A stretch of DNA of 64,000 nucleotides. Origin: an uncultured Clostridia bacterium (GTDB taxonomy: Bacteria; Bacillota; Clostridia; Oscillospirales; Acutalibacteraceae). Below are positions 11,486 to 20,574 of this stretch, one piece after another (the stretch's first letter is position 1; every line of letters begins with the position of its first letter). The stretch lies in the NCBI GenBank assembly GCA_945874765.1, contig CAMCHQ010000009.1, positions 6,186 to 70,185 of the forward strand, in the 5' to 3' direction. Below the pieces are notes generated by a model. That model saw nothing but the letters and a program-made list of their open reading frames with translations, did no database searches and was not told the DNA's origin. The position numbers and the translations under genes were made by a program.

Positions 11486-13066
11486 ATGAAAATAAGAAAA
11501 ATTCTTTCTGTTTTTATATCTTTAACTCTTGTTGTTACTGCGTTTTTTGCTGTTGATTATGAATCGTTTGCAAGCGTGATGACTACGCAGGAAGATGTCC
11601 CCGGTGTCAACAGCGTTGATACTCTTTTGACTTATCCGGAATTTAATTCAAAGGTTGCCGACGGCGGATATATAATTCCCGGTCTTGTTTCAAGCGTGTC
11701 GTATAATAAGCAAACAAAGCATTTTTCAACTACTCAAACTATGTGCCCGCAGGCAATTTGTAAAGTGAATCATTATACCCTTATTACCGCTTATGACAGC
11801 GCAACCGATTCCAAGGGTGCTTCGATTTCAAAATCTGTTATTTACGTTCTTGACGGTGATAATCAGCTTGTAAAAACTCTTGTTTTACCCGATTCTTATC
11901 ACGTCGGCGGAATTGCTTATGATAGCGCTAACGGTTTGATTCTTATTACTAAGGCTTCAGCCTCGACTGTCGGCGTAATTTCGCTTGATGATTTTTATAA
12001 ATATATGCGTTTTTCAAGTAAATTTGCAAATGTTAAATATACTATTGAGGAAAACGATTCCAATAAGTTTATTTATTCCGCTTCAAGCGTTGCTTACAAA
12101 AACGGCCGTGTTTATCTCGGCGCTTTCGGCGCAGGGTCTGACAGTATTGCTTATTGTTATACACCCGTTTATAACAAATCGAAAAATACATATTATCTTA
12201 AATATAACTACAAATTCTATCTGCCGAATTATACGCAGGGATTTTCCTTGACCGATTATAAGGGTAAGCTTAGAATGTTTGCCTCTGTATCTTACGGCAG
12301 GAATGAAACAAAAGGCGTTTATTGCTCTTATCTTTACACTTATACATTTAATCAGTCAAACGGAAGTAAAACGCTTGATAATGTGTTAAGCTGTCCGCCG
12401 ATGCTTGAACTTACTTATCCTGAGGGTGGTAAACTTTATTGCCTTTTTGAATCGGCTGCAAGTGTTTACAGGAATGTTTCAAGAAAACCTTTGTCATACG
12501 TAATGCCGCTTAAATTGAGTTCTCTTTGTGATGAGAAGAGGGGAAGTATTGTTAATATTAATGTTTCCGGTGTTAATAACGGCAAAAAGATAAGCATTGA
12601 CTGTGCACTTCCAAATGCTAAAATTTATTACAGCAGTTCAATGCCTTATTACAGATACAGTAAGATTGCTTCTTGCTATCCTTATAAAAATGCTTATTTA
12701 AAACAAAATTCAAGCACCGTTTACGCCGTTGCCGTTGTTGATAATCGTATTGTGGCGGCTGACACGGTTTATGTTTCTGTATCTAAAGCTTCTTCGCCGT
12801 CAAAACTTACGGTTAAGTCAAAATCCAAGACTTCAATCACAATAGGCTGGAAAGCGGCGTCGAATGCGACCTCGTATGAAATATACAAAAGCACAAATAA
12901 GTCAAAGAATTATAAAAAAGTTGCAACAGTTTCCGCTTCTGCTAAATCATATAAGAACACGAAACTAAAGAAAAATAAGACATATTACTATAAAGTTCGT
13001 GCGCTGAGAAAAGGTTATGTTAATTCGTCATACACAAATATCGTTAGCGCAAAAACCAAAAAGTAA
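11486..13066 (+). CDS. Secreted protein of unknown function with a C-terminal fibronectin type III domain
   Basis: The start is moved to ATG 11486 (MKIRKILSVFISLTLVV.. signal peptide) because the longer ORF would include the terminator. The C-terminus (LTVKSKSKTSITIGWKA.SNATSYEIYKS....YKKV......YKNT.LKKNKTYYYKVRA) is FN3-like. Confidence 0.6.
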   Translation: MKIRKILSVFISLTLVVTAFFAVDYESFASVMTTQEDVPGVNSVDTLLTYPEFNSKVADGGYIIPGLVSSVSYNKQTKHFSTTQTMCPQAICKVNHYTLITAYDSATDSKGASISKSVIYVLDGDNQLVKTLVLPDSYHVGGIAYDSANGLILITKASASTVGVISLDDFYKYMRFSSKFANVKYTIEENDSNKFIYSASSVAYKNGRVYLGAFGAGSDSIAYCYTPVYNKSKNTYYLKYNYKFYLPNYTQGFSLTDYKGKLRMFASVSYGRNETKGVYCSYLYTYTFNQSNGSKTLDNVLSCPPMLELTYPEGGKLYCLFESAASVYRNVSRKPLSYVMPLKLSSLCDEKRGSIVNINVSGVNNGKKISIDCALPNAKIYYSSSMPYYRYSKIASCYPYKNAYLKQNSSTVYAVAVVDNRIVAADTVYVSVSKASSPSKLTVKSKSKTSITIGWKAASNATSYEIYKSTNKSKNYKKVATVSASAKSYKNTKLKKNKTYYYKVRALRKGYVNSSYTNIVSAKTKK

Positions 13067-13090
13067 TCGTTTATTGTGAATATTAACCAA

Positions 13091-13125
13091 AAAAGACAGG
13101 ATATTTTCTATCTTGTCTTTTTCTT
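13091..13125 (+). terminator. Rho-independent terminator
   Basis: gacaggata / tatcttgtc stem (one G-U pair) followed by a T-rich tail. Confidence 0.65.
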
Positions 13126-13218
13126 TTATACACTTGTATATTTTGTTTGTTTGTGTTATTATATAGCTATCAAAGAAATTATACAAATCATTTAATATGA
13201 CATAATTTGGAGGTCGCT

Positions 13219-13797
13219 ATGCCTAAAAACAATAAACTCGGTTGCTCTTATTCAACTCAGCTTAAACTTGCAAAATCATTAAAGGAATTAATGGCTAATC
13301 AGCCGTTTGAAAAACTTTCCGTATCCGATATAACAAATAATTGCTCACTTCACAGGCAGACTTTTTATTATCATTTTGAGGATAAATATGAGCTTTTGGA
13401 TTGGATTGTTTATAAAGAACTTATTGAACCGCTTGTTGACGGTTTCTCTTTTGATAATATGTATGACCGCTTTTTAAAACTTTTCACAACTATGGTTGAG
13501 GAAAAGAAGTTTTATCTCAATGCACTTAAAATCGATGTAAACGATATGTCAAGATATATCAATCGCCTTGCTTATGATCAGTTTATGGTAGTTATCGACT
13601 GCCTTGAAAAAACTTCCGGCGTTAAGTCAAACCACAGCGAAAATGTAATGTTTGCCGAATTTTTAGGCTACGGCTTTGTCGGCGTTGTTTTCGGCTGGGC
13701 ACAAAGGGGAATGAAGGATTCACCTGAAGAAATGACTAAAAGGCTTGAAAGAATTATAAATAACTTAAAGCAAATCGCCAAAGATAACAGAAGATAA
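13219..13797 (+). CDS. TetR-family regulator of the DhaS (probable dihydroxyacetone kinase regulator) type
   Basis: ATG 13219 follows GGAGG. The block KLSVSDIT.....HRQTFYYHFEDKYELLDWIVYKE is the signature of that TetR subfamily. Confidence 0.8.
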   Translation: MPKNNKLGCSYSTQLKLAKSLKELMANQPFEKLSVSDITNNCSLHRQTFYYHFEDKYELLDWIVYKELIEPLVDGFSFDNMYDRFLKLFTTMVEEKKFYLNALKIDVNDMSRYINRLAYDQFMVVIDCLEKTSGVKSNHSENVMFAEFLGYGFVGVVFGWAQRGMKDSPEEMTKRLERIINNLKQIAKDNRR

Positions 13798-13805
13798 AAT
13801 ATTAA

Positions 13806-13843
13806 GGGCTGCCTCACATTTTTTGTGAGACAGCCCGTTTTTT
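13806..13843. terminator. Bidirectional terminator between convergent genes
   Basis: gggctgcctcaca / tgtgagacagccc stem (one mismatch) followed by TTTTTT. Confidence 0.75.
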
Positions 13844-13850
13844 ATACATA

Positions 13851-15263
13851 TTAATATGTTTTTTTCTTTCCTCTTTTGTGCTTAATCGGCTTTTGATTGA
13901 TTGTGTTTTTCAATTCCTTTTGCGCCGCTTTTCTTAAACTGTCGGCGTCGTGAATAATTGTTTTGTCATAGCAATGACTGAGTGCCTGCGTTAAGCCTAA
14001 AAGGATAAATAAATTGATAATTTGCTTAGGTGAGTTGAAAATGTAATCTGTAAGACCGAAAAGAAGATACATCATCATTGAGGTGAATACACAAAATACA
14101 AGTGTAAATTTCTTACCGTTGTTTGCATTGATTTCAAGAAGCTTACCGAATGCGCAAATTAATACCGTGAATAATAAAACAAGACCCACAATACCAAGTT
14201 CAACCCACGTTTCAATAACAAAGTTGTGACCGTGCGGCTTGTCAAGATTATATAAATTCAGAAGTATTTGACCTGTTTTTTCAACTCCAAAGCCAGTACC
14301 GATAATAAAAGGTAAAGCGTGATGGAATATGTAGTCGAGCAAACTGCTCCAAATTTTAAGGTGCGCCGCAGAAGATTTTGCAGCCTCACTGCTTGCGCCT
14401 CTTACTTTGAAAATAATTCCGTATCTTGTAAGAAGTGAAGGAACTATAACAAGAATTGTAGGAACAAAAATTTCAAGAAGCGGTTTTTTGTGCTGTTTAA
14501 ATAATACAATGAACATAAACAGCCAGCCGACAATTGCTATTACGCAACCGCCACGTGTTAATGTTGCGCTGATACCGCCGCTTATAAGAACATTTATCAT
14601 AAAATACATTATTTTATGCTTTTTGCCTTTGGTATTTAAGAAAAGATATATTGATATAGGGTACACAATCATAAGGTATGTGGCTAAAAGATTTGGATTT
14701 GAGAAAAATCCGCTTGCTCTTGAATCCCACCAAAGAGTTGTGTTTATATCAAAAGGCAGCCAATTGTAAACTGCTTTATCAAGCGGTTTGTAAAACGGTG
14801 TAACAAATACCTGCGTTTTTTTAATGTAATCGTATTTATATAATGTGTACGAGCATATTTGAAGTATTGCCACAAAACCGTTTACAGCACCGGATATTGA
14901 CATTGCAGCCAAAAGCCTGTCAATTTTCTTCCTTGTTCTTACCAAGTTGTGAATCATAACCTCAATAAGAAACATACCCCACCATAATGCGGCGGTTGCA
15001 AAGGTTGAAAATTTTGTGTCCGACCAAAGTGTACTTACAAGCGCAAATCCCATAAAAGCCATCATAAGCTTGCCGAGTGTTCCGACTTTCGCCTTTTTGC
15101 CTTCTCTTGACCATTGTACTTTAAAAACTATAAATCCTATAAACAATATAAAAGGACTTACATATTCGGGAAGCAGGGGAAAAAGAAATACAGTTGCAAG
15201 AAGCCAACACCAACCGGGATTGACTTTATACTGCTCCCTCAAACTAATCAGCTTTTCTTTCAT
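13851..15263 (-). CDS. O-antigen ligase family (Wzy_C domain) polytopic membrane protein
   Basis: About 12 hydrophobic segments, a central loop typical of Wzy_C/RfaL/PglL-like proteins, GAGGT RBS. Confidence 0.6.
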   Translation of the reverse strand: MKEKLISLREQYKVNPGWCWLLATVFLFPLLPEYVSPFILFIGFIVFKVQWSREGKKAKVGTLGKLMMAFMGFALVSTLWSDTKFSTFATAALWWGMFLIEVMIHNLVRTRKKIDRLLAAMSISGAVNGFVAILQICSYTLYKYDYIKKTQVFVTPFYKPLDKAVYNWLPFDINTTLWWDSRASGFFSNPNLLATYLMIVYPISIYLFLNTKGKKHKIMYFMINVLISGGISATLTRGGCVIAIVGWLFMFIVLFKQHKKPLLEIFVPTILVIVPSLLTRYGIIFKVRGASSEAAKSSAAHLKIWSSLLDYIFHHALPFIIGTGFGVEKTGQILLNLYNLDKPHGHNFVIETWVELGIVGLVLLFTVLICAFGKLLEINANNGKKFTLVFCVFTSMMMYLLFGLTDYIFNSPKQIINLFILLGLTQALSHCYDKTIIHDADSLRKAAQKELKNTINQKPIKHKRGKKKTY

Positions 15264-15473
15264 AATTTAAACCTCAGCGTGTAACTACGCCTTTATATAA
15301 AATTAATCATTATTTTTGCTTTAATATAAAACAGTGCAAAATACAAAGTATAATATACACTACTTGTATCAATTTTGCAAGTATAATAATTAACCATTAA
15401 AAAATTATGAATTAATATTAAACTGTTAACATTCAAATAATATAAAATTAAATTTATAAATATAGTTAGGGTG

Positions 15474-15502
15474 TTGCAATCTAAAACAATATATTGTATA
15501 AT
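15474..15502 (+). promoter_or_regulatory. Sigma-A type promoter of the first parvulin gene
   Basis: TTGCAA, 17 nt, TATAAT. Confidence 0.6.
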
Positions 15503-15564
15503 TATTTAGTATTTAATCATATTTCTCTTGCTTATCTTTAAGCAGGGGACACAGGAGTGAAATT

Positions 15565-17493
15565 ATGGACGAAAAAGACTTTAACGAAAACGAAGAAAAA
15601 GCAGTTGATACCGATAAGGAATTAACCGACTCAGGTCTTGAAGAAAAAAACGGAATTAAATTTGAAACAAGTGACACATGGGAGTTTGACGCAAAAGCAC
15701 CGACGCTTGACGATAATTTAATTATGGAAAATGAAAAGTTTTCGATTTCTTTTGAAAGCGAAACCAAACCGGCTGCACCGCAGCAAGCGCCAAGGCAAAA
15801 TTTCGATAATCAAAATAATAACCAAATTGTTATTAATAAAGAACCTTTGAAATTTATTCCGCTTGCTATTTTCCTTGCGGCAGTAATTGCCGTTGTTGCC
15901 GTATTCGGTGTAAGATATTATACTGTTCCAAACGGAAAAGAGGGCAAATATATGAACCCGGCTTCCGTAGTCGCTACAGTCGACGGTCAAAAAATCAGCA
16001 TTGGTATGTATGATTATTATTATGCAAGTATCGTCAGCTATTATGAGCAGTATGCTTCTTACGGTTATTATAATCTTGATACAACAAAAGATTATTCTAA
16101 GCAGTATACAACAGACGATGACGGAAAGAAAATTTCTTGGCAGAAGTTTTTTGAAACAGAGGCTCTCAATGAGGTTGAACAGATTACAACTTATTATTCA
16201 AAGGCTCTTGACGAGGGCGTAACGCTTACGAGTGCTCAAAAGAAAACGATTGATAAGCAAATTACAAGCCTTAAGGATTCAGCTTCTCAAAACGATGTAA
16301 GCCTTGACCAGTATATCAAGGCAAACTTCGGCGCTTATTGTTCTGAAGATACAATCAGACTTATGCTTGAACAATATTATTTAAGTGCTAACTATAAGGG
16401 CAAGTTCAAGAGTGAAACCAAGGTTACCAATGATGACGTTGATAAGTATTACAACGAGCATAAAAACGATTATAAGAAAATCGAATTTTATTATATTGCA
16501 TCTCCTTATGATGCAACAGATGACGCTTCTAAGAGCAAGTCAATTAAAAATGCCGAAAAGACTATGGCTAAGATGAAAGACAAGAAATCCGTTCTTGCTC
16601 TTGTTCCTGAAGTTTACTCATCATATATTGATTCCGATGTTAAATCATCAATGGAAAGCGACAGCAAACTTACCGAGAAAAAAGCAAGGGAAGAAGCTGT
16701 TAAGTCATATGAAAGCAATGTAGTCGCTACTGTTACAGGCAGTACATCTCCGTTCGACGATGAAATGAACACATGGCTTTTCTCTGATGATACAAAAGTC
16801 GGTTCAAAGAAATATTATGTTGATGAGGACGCAGGATATATCTATATTGTCTTAAAGACATCTAAAGCTACTGTTGAAGATGATGAAACTTATACAGTAA
16901 GACATATTCTTATAACACCTGAAAGTGACAGCGATTCCTCTTCTTCATCATCTGATTCATCAACTAAGAAATATACCGACGAACAATGGGCAGCTGCAAA
17001 GAAAAAGGCTGAGTCGGTTCTTGAAAAGTTCAACAAAACCGACAAGAGTGAGTATTCGTTTGCTAAACTTGCCGAGGAGTACAGCACAGATACAGCTTCA
17101 ACTTCTTCCGGTTCAAGTGATGCATTCGGCGGACTTTATGAGAGCGTTACACTCGGTCAAATGGTTCCTGAATTTGAAAAATGGGCAATTGACGATTCAC
17201 GTAAATACGGCGATACCGGTATTGTTAAAAGTGATTACGGCTATCATATTATGTTCTTTATAAATGATTGTCCGGAATATGAATCAAAGATTATTGCACA
17301 GATTAAGTCTGACAGATTAAGCAATATGGTTGAAAAGGCAAAAGTTAAGGTTCACGAAAACGCAATTAAAAAGGCAGTTGATAAGGAAAAGGAAGCTAAG
17401 GAATCAGCATCCGAATCTACAACGTCTTCTTCATCTTCGTCAGGTGCAACCGTATCTCAAAGCACAACCGCCGCTTCATCCGGCAATAACTAA
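15565..17493 (+). CDS. Membrane-anchored PpiC/parvulin-type peptidyl-prolyl isomerase (PrsA/SurA-like), acidic N-terminal tail
   Basis: Single TM (FIPLAIFLAAVIAVVAVFGV). Parvulin signature (YTVRHILI ... GGLYE.V..GQMVPEFE.W......GDTGIVKSDYGYHIMFF). Poly-Ser tracts. Confidence 0.8.
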   Translation: MDEKDFNENEEKAVDTDKELTDSGLEEKNGIKFETSDTWEFDAKAPTLDDNLIMENEKFSISFESETKPAAPQQAPRQNFDNQNNNQIVINKEPLKFIPLAIFLAAVIAVVAVFGVRYYTVPNGKEGKYMNPASVVATVDGQKISIGMYDYYYASIVSYYEQYASYGYYNLDTTKDYSKQYTTDDDGKKISWQKFFETEALNEVEQITTYYSKALDEGVTLTSAQKKTIDKQITSLKDSASQNDVSLDQYIKANFGAYCSEDTIRLMLEQYYLSANYKGKFKSETKVTNDDVDKYYNEHKNDYKKIEFYYIASPYDATDDASKSKSIKNAEKTMAKMKDKKSVLALVPEVYSSYIDSDVKSSMESDSKLTEKKAREEAVKSYESNVVATVTGSTSPFDDEMNTWLFSDDTKVGSKKYYVDEDAGYIYIVLKTSKATVEDDETYTVRHILITPESDSDSSSSSSDSSTKKYTDEQWAAAKKKAESVLEKFNKTDKSEYSFAKLAEEYSTDTASTSSGSSDAFGGLYESVTLGQMVPEFEKWAIDDSRKYGDTGIVKSDYGYHIMFFINDCPEYESKIIAQIKSDRLSNMVEKAKVKVHENAIKKAVDKEKEAKESASESTTSSSSSSGATVSQSTTAASSGNN

Positions 17494-17614
17494 ATGATTT
17501 AGTATCAATTTGTATATAATTTTCAGAAAAAACAAAATAAAACTTGTAATATTCGTTATAATAGTGTAAAATATTTTGTGAATTAAATTTGATTGAAATA
17601 GGTAGGACGAAAAA

Positions 17615-19468
17615 ATGGCAAAAAAACAATTAGAAGATGATTTGTTGACAGGCGGCAGCTTGAATGCTGATGATAAGTCAGCCAAGAAAGCCGCTAAAGC
17701 AAAAAAATCTGCTGAGAAGAAAGCTGCTAAGGCTGCAAAGCTTCGTGCAAAAAATGAGGCTAAAAGAGCAGAGCTTAAGAAAGAAATCGACGCTCTCAAG
17801 GCTAAAAAAGATGATTGCGACGACGAAAAAGAGAATGAAAAGCTCACAGTTGAAATCAAAAAGCTCAGTGAGAAATATTCTGCAGTCGGTGCAAACGGCA
17901 ACGGACCTGCTCCGAGAACAGTAAAAATTATCAAGTCGGTAATTTGTATTGTTATTGTAATTGCTCTTCTTGTAACATATGTTGCAACCGGCGCTGTAAG
18001 AAAGGGCTTTATTGCGTCACTCAGTATTCCTGCTGAAACATTTACCGGTATGACTGTTTCAAATCAGGACGGCAGTGAAAAGGCTAAAATTAAAGTTGCA
18101 ACTTATAACTACTATTTTGCATTGACTTATAATAACTTGAGAAATACTCAACAGCAGTACAGTCAGTACGGTCTTGACCTTAAGCAGTATAATCTTGACG
18201 TTGACTTTGATAAAAAACTTTCAAAGCAGACAACTAAGAATGATGATAACGAAACAGTTACCTGGGCACAGTATATTCACGACCAAGTTATTGATTCGAT
18301 TGAGTCAACATATACATATTATCTTGCCGCTAAGGCAGCAAATAACGGCAAAGACCCTGAAATTACAGATGACCAGAAGAAAGAACTTAAAGATACTCTC
18401 AGCCAGTACAGAGAATCAGCTCACAAGTACGGTTATACTTTAAGCGGTTATCTTGTTAAGGCTATGGGTAAAGGCGTCACTGAAAGCTTGTTCACTCAGG
18501 AAGCAACAAGAAGTTATATTGCCGATAACTATAAGAGTGAACTCAGCGACAAGGCAAGCGAAAAGGAATATACAACTAAGGATTATGACAATTACAAGAA
18601 AGACCATGAAGATGATCTTGTTGCAGTTGATATAAGACTTTTTGAATGTTCAAGTGAAGACGATGCAAAAGCGTTCAAGAAAGCTCTTGCAAAGGACGGT
18701 TCTAACTTTACTGCTCTTTGCCAGAAGTATTCAACAGATAAATTCTATAAGACTGCTTATGAAGATCCGGGCTATTCTACAGAATACGGTGCAACTAAAG
18801 AGAGTCTTAAGAATAAGAGTTACGCTATCGCAACTGCCGACGGCAAAGATAAGAAGAGCTATCCGGGTCTTGATTGGCTTTACAGTTCAAAGAGAAAAGC
18901 CGGAGATTCTTATCAGTACAGCACTACTGTAGTTTATGTTCTTTCACCTGCTTCAATTCAGGACAGAAAGACTGTTAATGTTCGCCATATCCTTATTGCT
19001 CCTGAAACAAAGGACAGCAATACCGAGGCAAAGGACGCAACAGATAAGCAATGGGCTGCAGCATACAAAAAGGCTAAGAAGATTCTTGATGAATTTAATT
19101 CAGGTGATAAGAAAGAAAAGACTTTTTCAAATCTTGCTAAGTCAAATTCATCAGATACAGGCTCAAAGGATAACGGCGGTCTTTATGAAAATGTAGTACC
19201 GGGTCAAATGGTTAACTCGTTCTCATCTTGGATTTTTGATTCTTCAAGAAAAGCAGGCGACACCGCTATTGTTAAGTCTGATTACGGTTATCACATTATG
19301 TATTATGTAGGCGAGGGTGACCTTACCGTATGGCAGTATAATGCAAAGAAGGCTCTTACTTCCGATAACAGCACAAGCGCAACCGATAAGCTTGAAAAGG
19401 ATTATTCAATCAAAGTTAATTGGTTTGGTTCTCGCTATTTCGAGAAGGACGTTGATATTGATAATTAA
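17615..19468 (+). CDS. Membrane-anchored PpiC/parvulin-type peptidyl-prolyl isomerase, paralogue with a Lys/Ala-rich N-terminal tail
   Basis: Same architecture as the upstream gene. VNVRHILIAPE ... GGLYENVVPGQMVNSFSSW......GDTAIVKSDYGYHIMYY. A candidate own promoter, TTGTAA-17-TAAAAT, lies at 17544-17572. Confidence 0.8.
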   Translation: MAKKQLEDDLLTGGSLNADDKSAKKAAKAKKSAEKKAAKAAKLRAKNEAKRAELKKEIDALKAKKDDCDDEKENEKLTVEIKKLSEKYSAVGANGNGPAPRTVKIIKSVICIVIVIALLVTYVATGAVRKGFIASLSIPAETFTGMTVSNQDGSEKAKIKVATYNYYFALTYNNLRNTQQQYSQYGLDLKQYNLDVDFDKKLSKQTTKNDDNETVTWAQYIHDQVIDSIESTYTYYLAAKAANNGKDPEITDDQKKELKDTLSQYRESAHKYGYTLSGYLVKAMGKGVTESLFTQEATRSYIADNYKSELSDKASEKEYTTKDYDNYKKDHEDDLVAVDIRLFECSSEDDAKAFKKALAKDGSNFTALCQKYSTDKFYKTAYEDPGYSTEYGATKESLKNKSYAIATADGKDKKSYPGLDWLYSSKRKAGDSYQYSTTVVYVLSPASIQDRKTVNVRHILIAPETKDSNTEAKDATDKQWAAAYKKAKKILDEFNSGDKKEKTFSNLAKSNSSDTGSKDNGGLYENVVPGQMVNSFSSWIFDSSRKAGDTAIVKSDYGYHIMYYVGEGDLTVWQYNAKKALTSDNSTSATDKLEKDYSIKVNWFGSRYFEKDVDIDN

Positions 19469-19477
19469 TGCAAAATA

Positions 19478-19508
19478 AAAGAGGTTGTATTTTTCAACCT
19501 CTTTGTTT
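19478..19508 (+). terminator. Hairpin after the second parvulin gene (weak or partial terminator)
   Basis: aaagaggttg / caacctcttt 10-bp stem. The U-tract is interrupted (ctttgtttg). Confidence 0.5.
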
Positions 19509-19524
19509 GCTTATGGGGAATTAT

Positions 19525-19746
19525 ATGGTTAAAAATTCTGATGTTCAAAAGCTGAAAGATGAAATTTCTCGTCTTATGGCTGCCCTTGAAGATGTTAATT
19601 TTGAATGTCAAAGGCTTGAAATTATTAATTCAAATCTTGATTTTCAATTAAAATCCGTCAATAGGGAATTAAAACAGAATATTGCAATGCTTGAAGCTTA
19701 CGAAGAAGAAAACAAGGAACTTAAAAAGCAACTTGAGAGTAAATAA
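19525..19746 (+). CDS. Small coiled-coil protein, unknown function (start uncertain: 19468, 19513 or 19525)
   Basis: Heptad-like sequence (LKDEISRLMAALEDV...LKQNIAMLEAYEEENKELKKQLE). The longest form starts at a TAATG overlap with the parvulin stop codon, but it would translate the hairpin. Confidence 0.4.
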   Translation: MVKNSDVQKLKDEISRLMAALEDVNFECQRLEIINSNLDFQLKSVNRELKQNIAMLEAYEEENKELKKQLESK

Positions 19747-20430
19747 CTATTCCACTTCGTTTTTTATGTCGTTTAGTACTTTCTTTTCTATTCTTGATAC
19801 ATAGCTTCTGCTTATTTTAAGCCTCTGCGCAACCTCTCTTTGCGTTAGGGGCTTTTTGTTATTTAATCCGTATCTTAAAATTAATATTTCCTTTTCTCGT
19901 CCGTTTGGCATATTTTTAATTATTTTTGATACTTTTTCCCATTGTACTTTTTTCTCTAAATCTTCAGCTAAATCAACAGGAGAACTGATTGTATCTTCAA
20001 TTGTAAGCGGATTTCCGTCTTTGTCAATTTCGAGTGCGTCACCTAAATATATGTCATTGGACTGCTTTTTTCCCGACCTGAAATGCATTAATATTTCATT
20101 TTCAATACATCTTGAGGCATAAGTCGAAAGACGTACGCATTTTTCACTGTCAAATGAGTCGATAGCTTTAATAAGTCCTATTGTTCCTATACTGATTAAA
20201 TCTTCGTTGTCATTTGTTTTTGAATAATATTTTTTTACAATGTGGCTTACAAGCCTGAGATTTCTTTCAATAAGAATTGCTCTTGCTCCTTTATCACCGC
20301 TTTTCATTCTTTCAAGCATTTCCTTTTCTTCCTTGGGTGAGAGCGGTTTAGGAAAACTTGATGTGTTTTGAATATGAAGTATAAAATAAATTAAATTTGC
20401 GCTTATTGCCGATATAATTGCTGAAAACAT
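19747..20430 (-). CDS. sigK: RNA polymerase sporulation sigma factor, pro-sigma-K (uninterrupted)
   Basis: ATG 20430 follows GGTGA. A hydrophobic pro-sequence of about 20 aa is followed by SSFPKPLS.KEE (compare B. subtilis NAFPQPLS). NLRLVSHIVKK, DLISIGTIGLIKA, TYASRCIENEILMH, ISRSYVSRIEKK. More SigK-like than SigE-like. Confidence 0.75.
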   Translation of the reverse strand: MFSAIISAISANLIYFILHIQNTSSFPKPLSPKEEKEMLERMKSGDKGARAILIERNLRLVSHIVKKYYSKTNDNEDLISIGTIGLIKAIDSFDSEKCVRLSTYASRCIENEILMHFRSGKKQSNDIYLGDALEIDKDGNPLTIEDTISSPVDLAEDLEKKVQWEKVSKIIKNMPNGREKEILILRYGLNNKKPLTQREVAQRLKISRSYVSRIEKKVLNDIKNEVE

Positions 20431-20574
20431 TTTCATCACCGTTAAAATATATGAGTGTGGCATTTGTCCAATTAACCGTTTGTTTACAAATTTTCAAAAT
20501 AATTTACATTTTGTATTGACTTGTCATTTATTTAATGGTAAAGTAATTTTAGATAATGGCATAGAGGAAAAATA

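Noticed and set aside
17476-17934. 152-aa minus-strand ORF antisense to the Lys/Ala-rich start of the second parvulin gene. Similar long antisense ORFs lie at 8048-8452 (clpC), 10499-11083 (groEL) and 51953-52813 (recN).
   Set aside because: Their translations are low-complexity mirror images (S/F/L-rich) of repetitive or codon-biased sense genes. They have no RBS or promoter, and the sense genes are unambiguous.
19747-20463. A possible skin-type intervening element, or a split sigK.
   Set aside because: The gene encodes regions 2-4 continuously in one frame, and no recombinase is nearby. Only the annotated start was shortened, to 20430.
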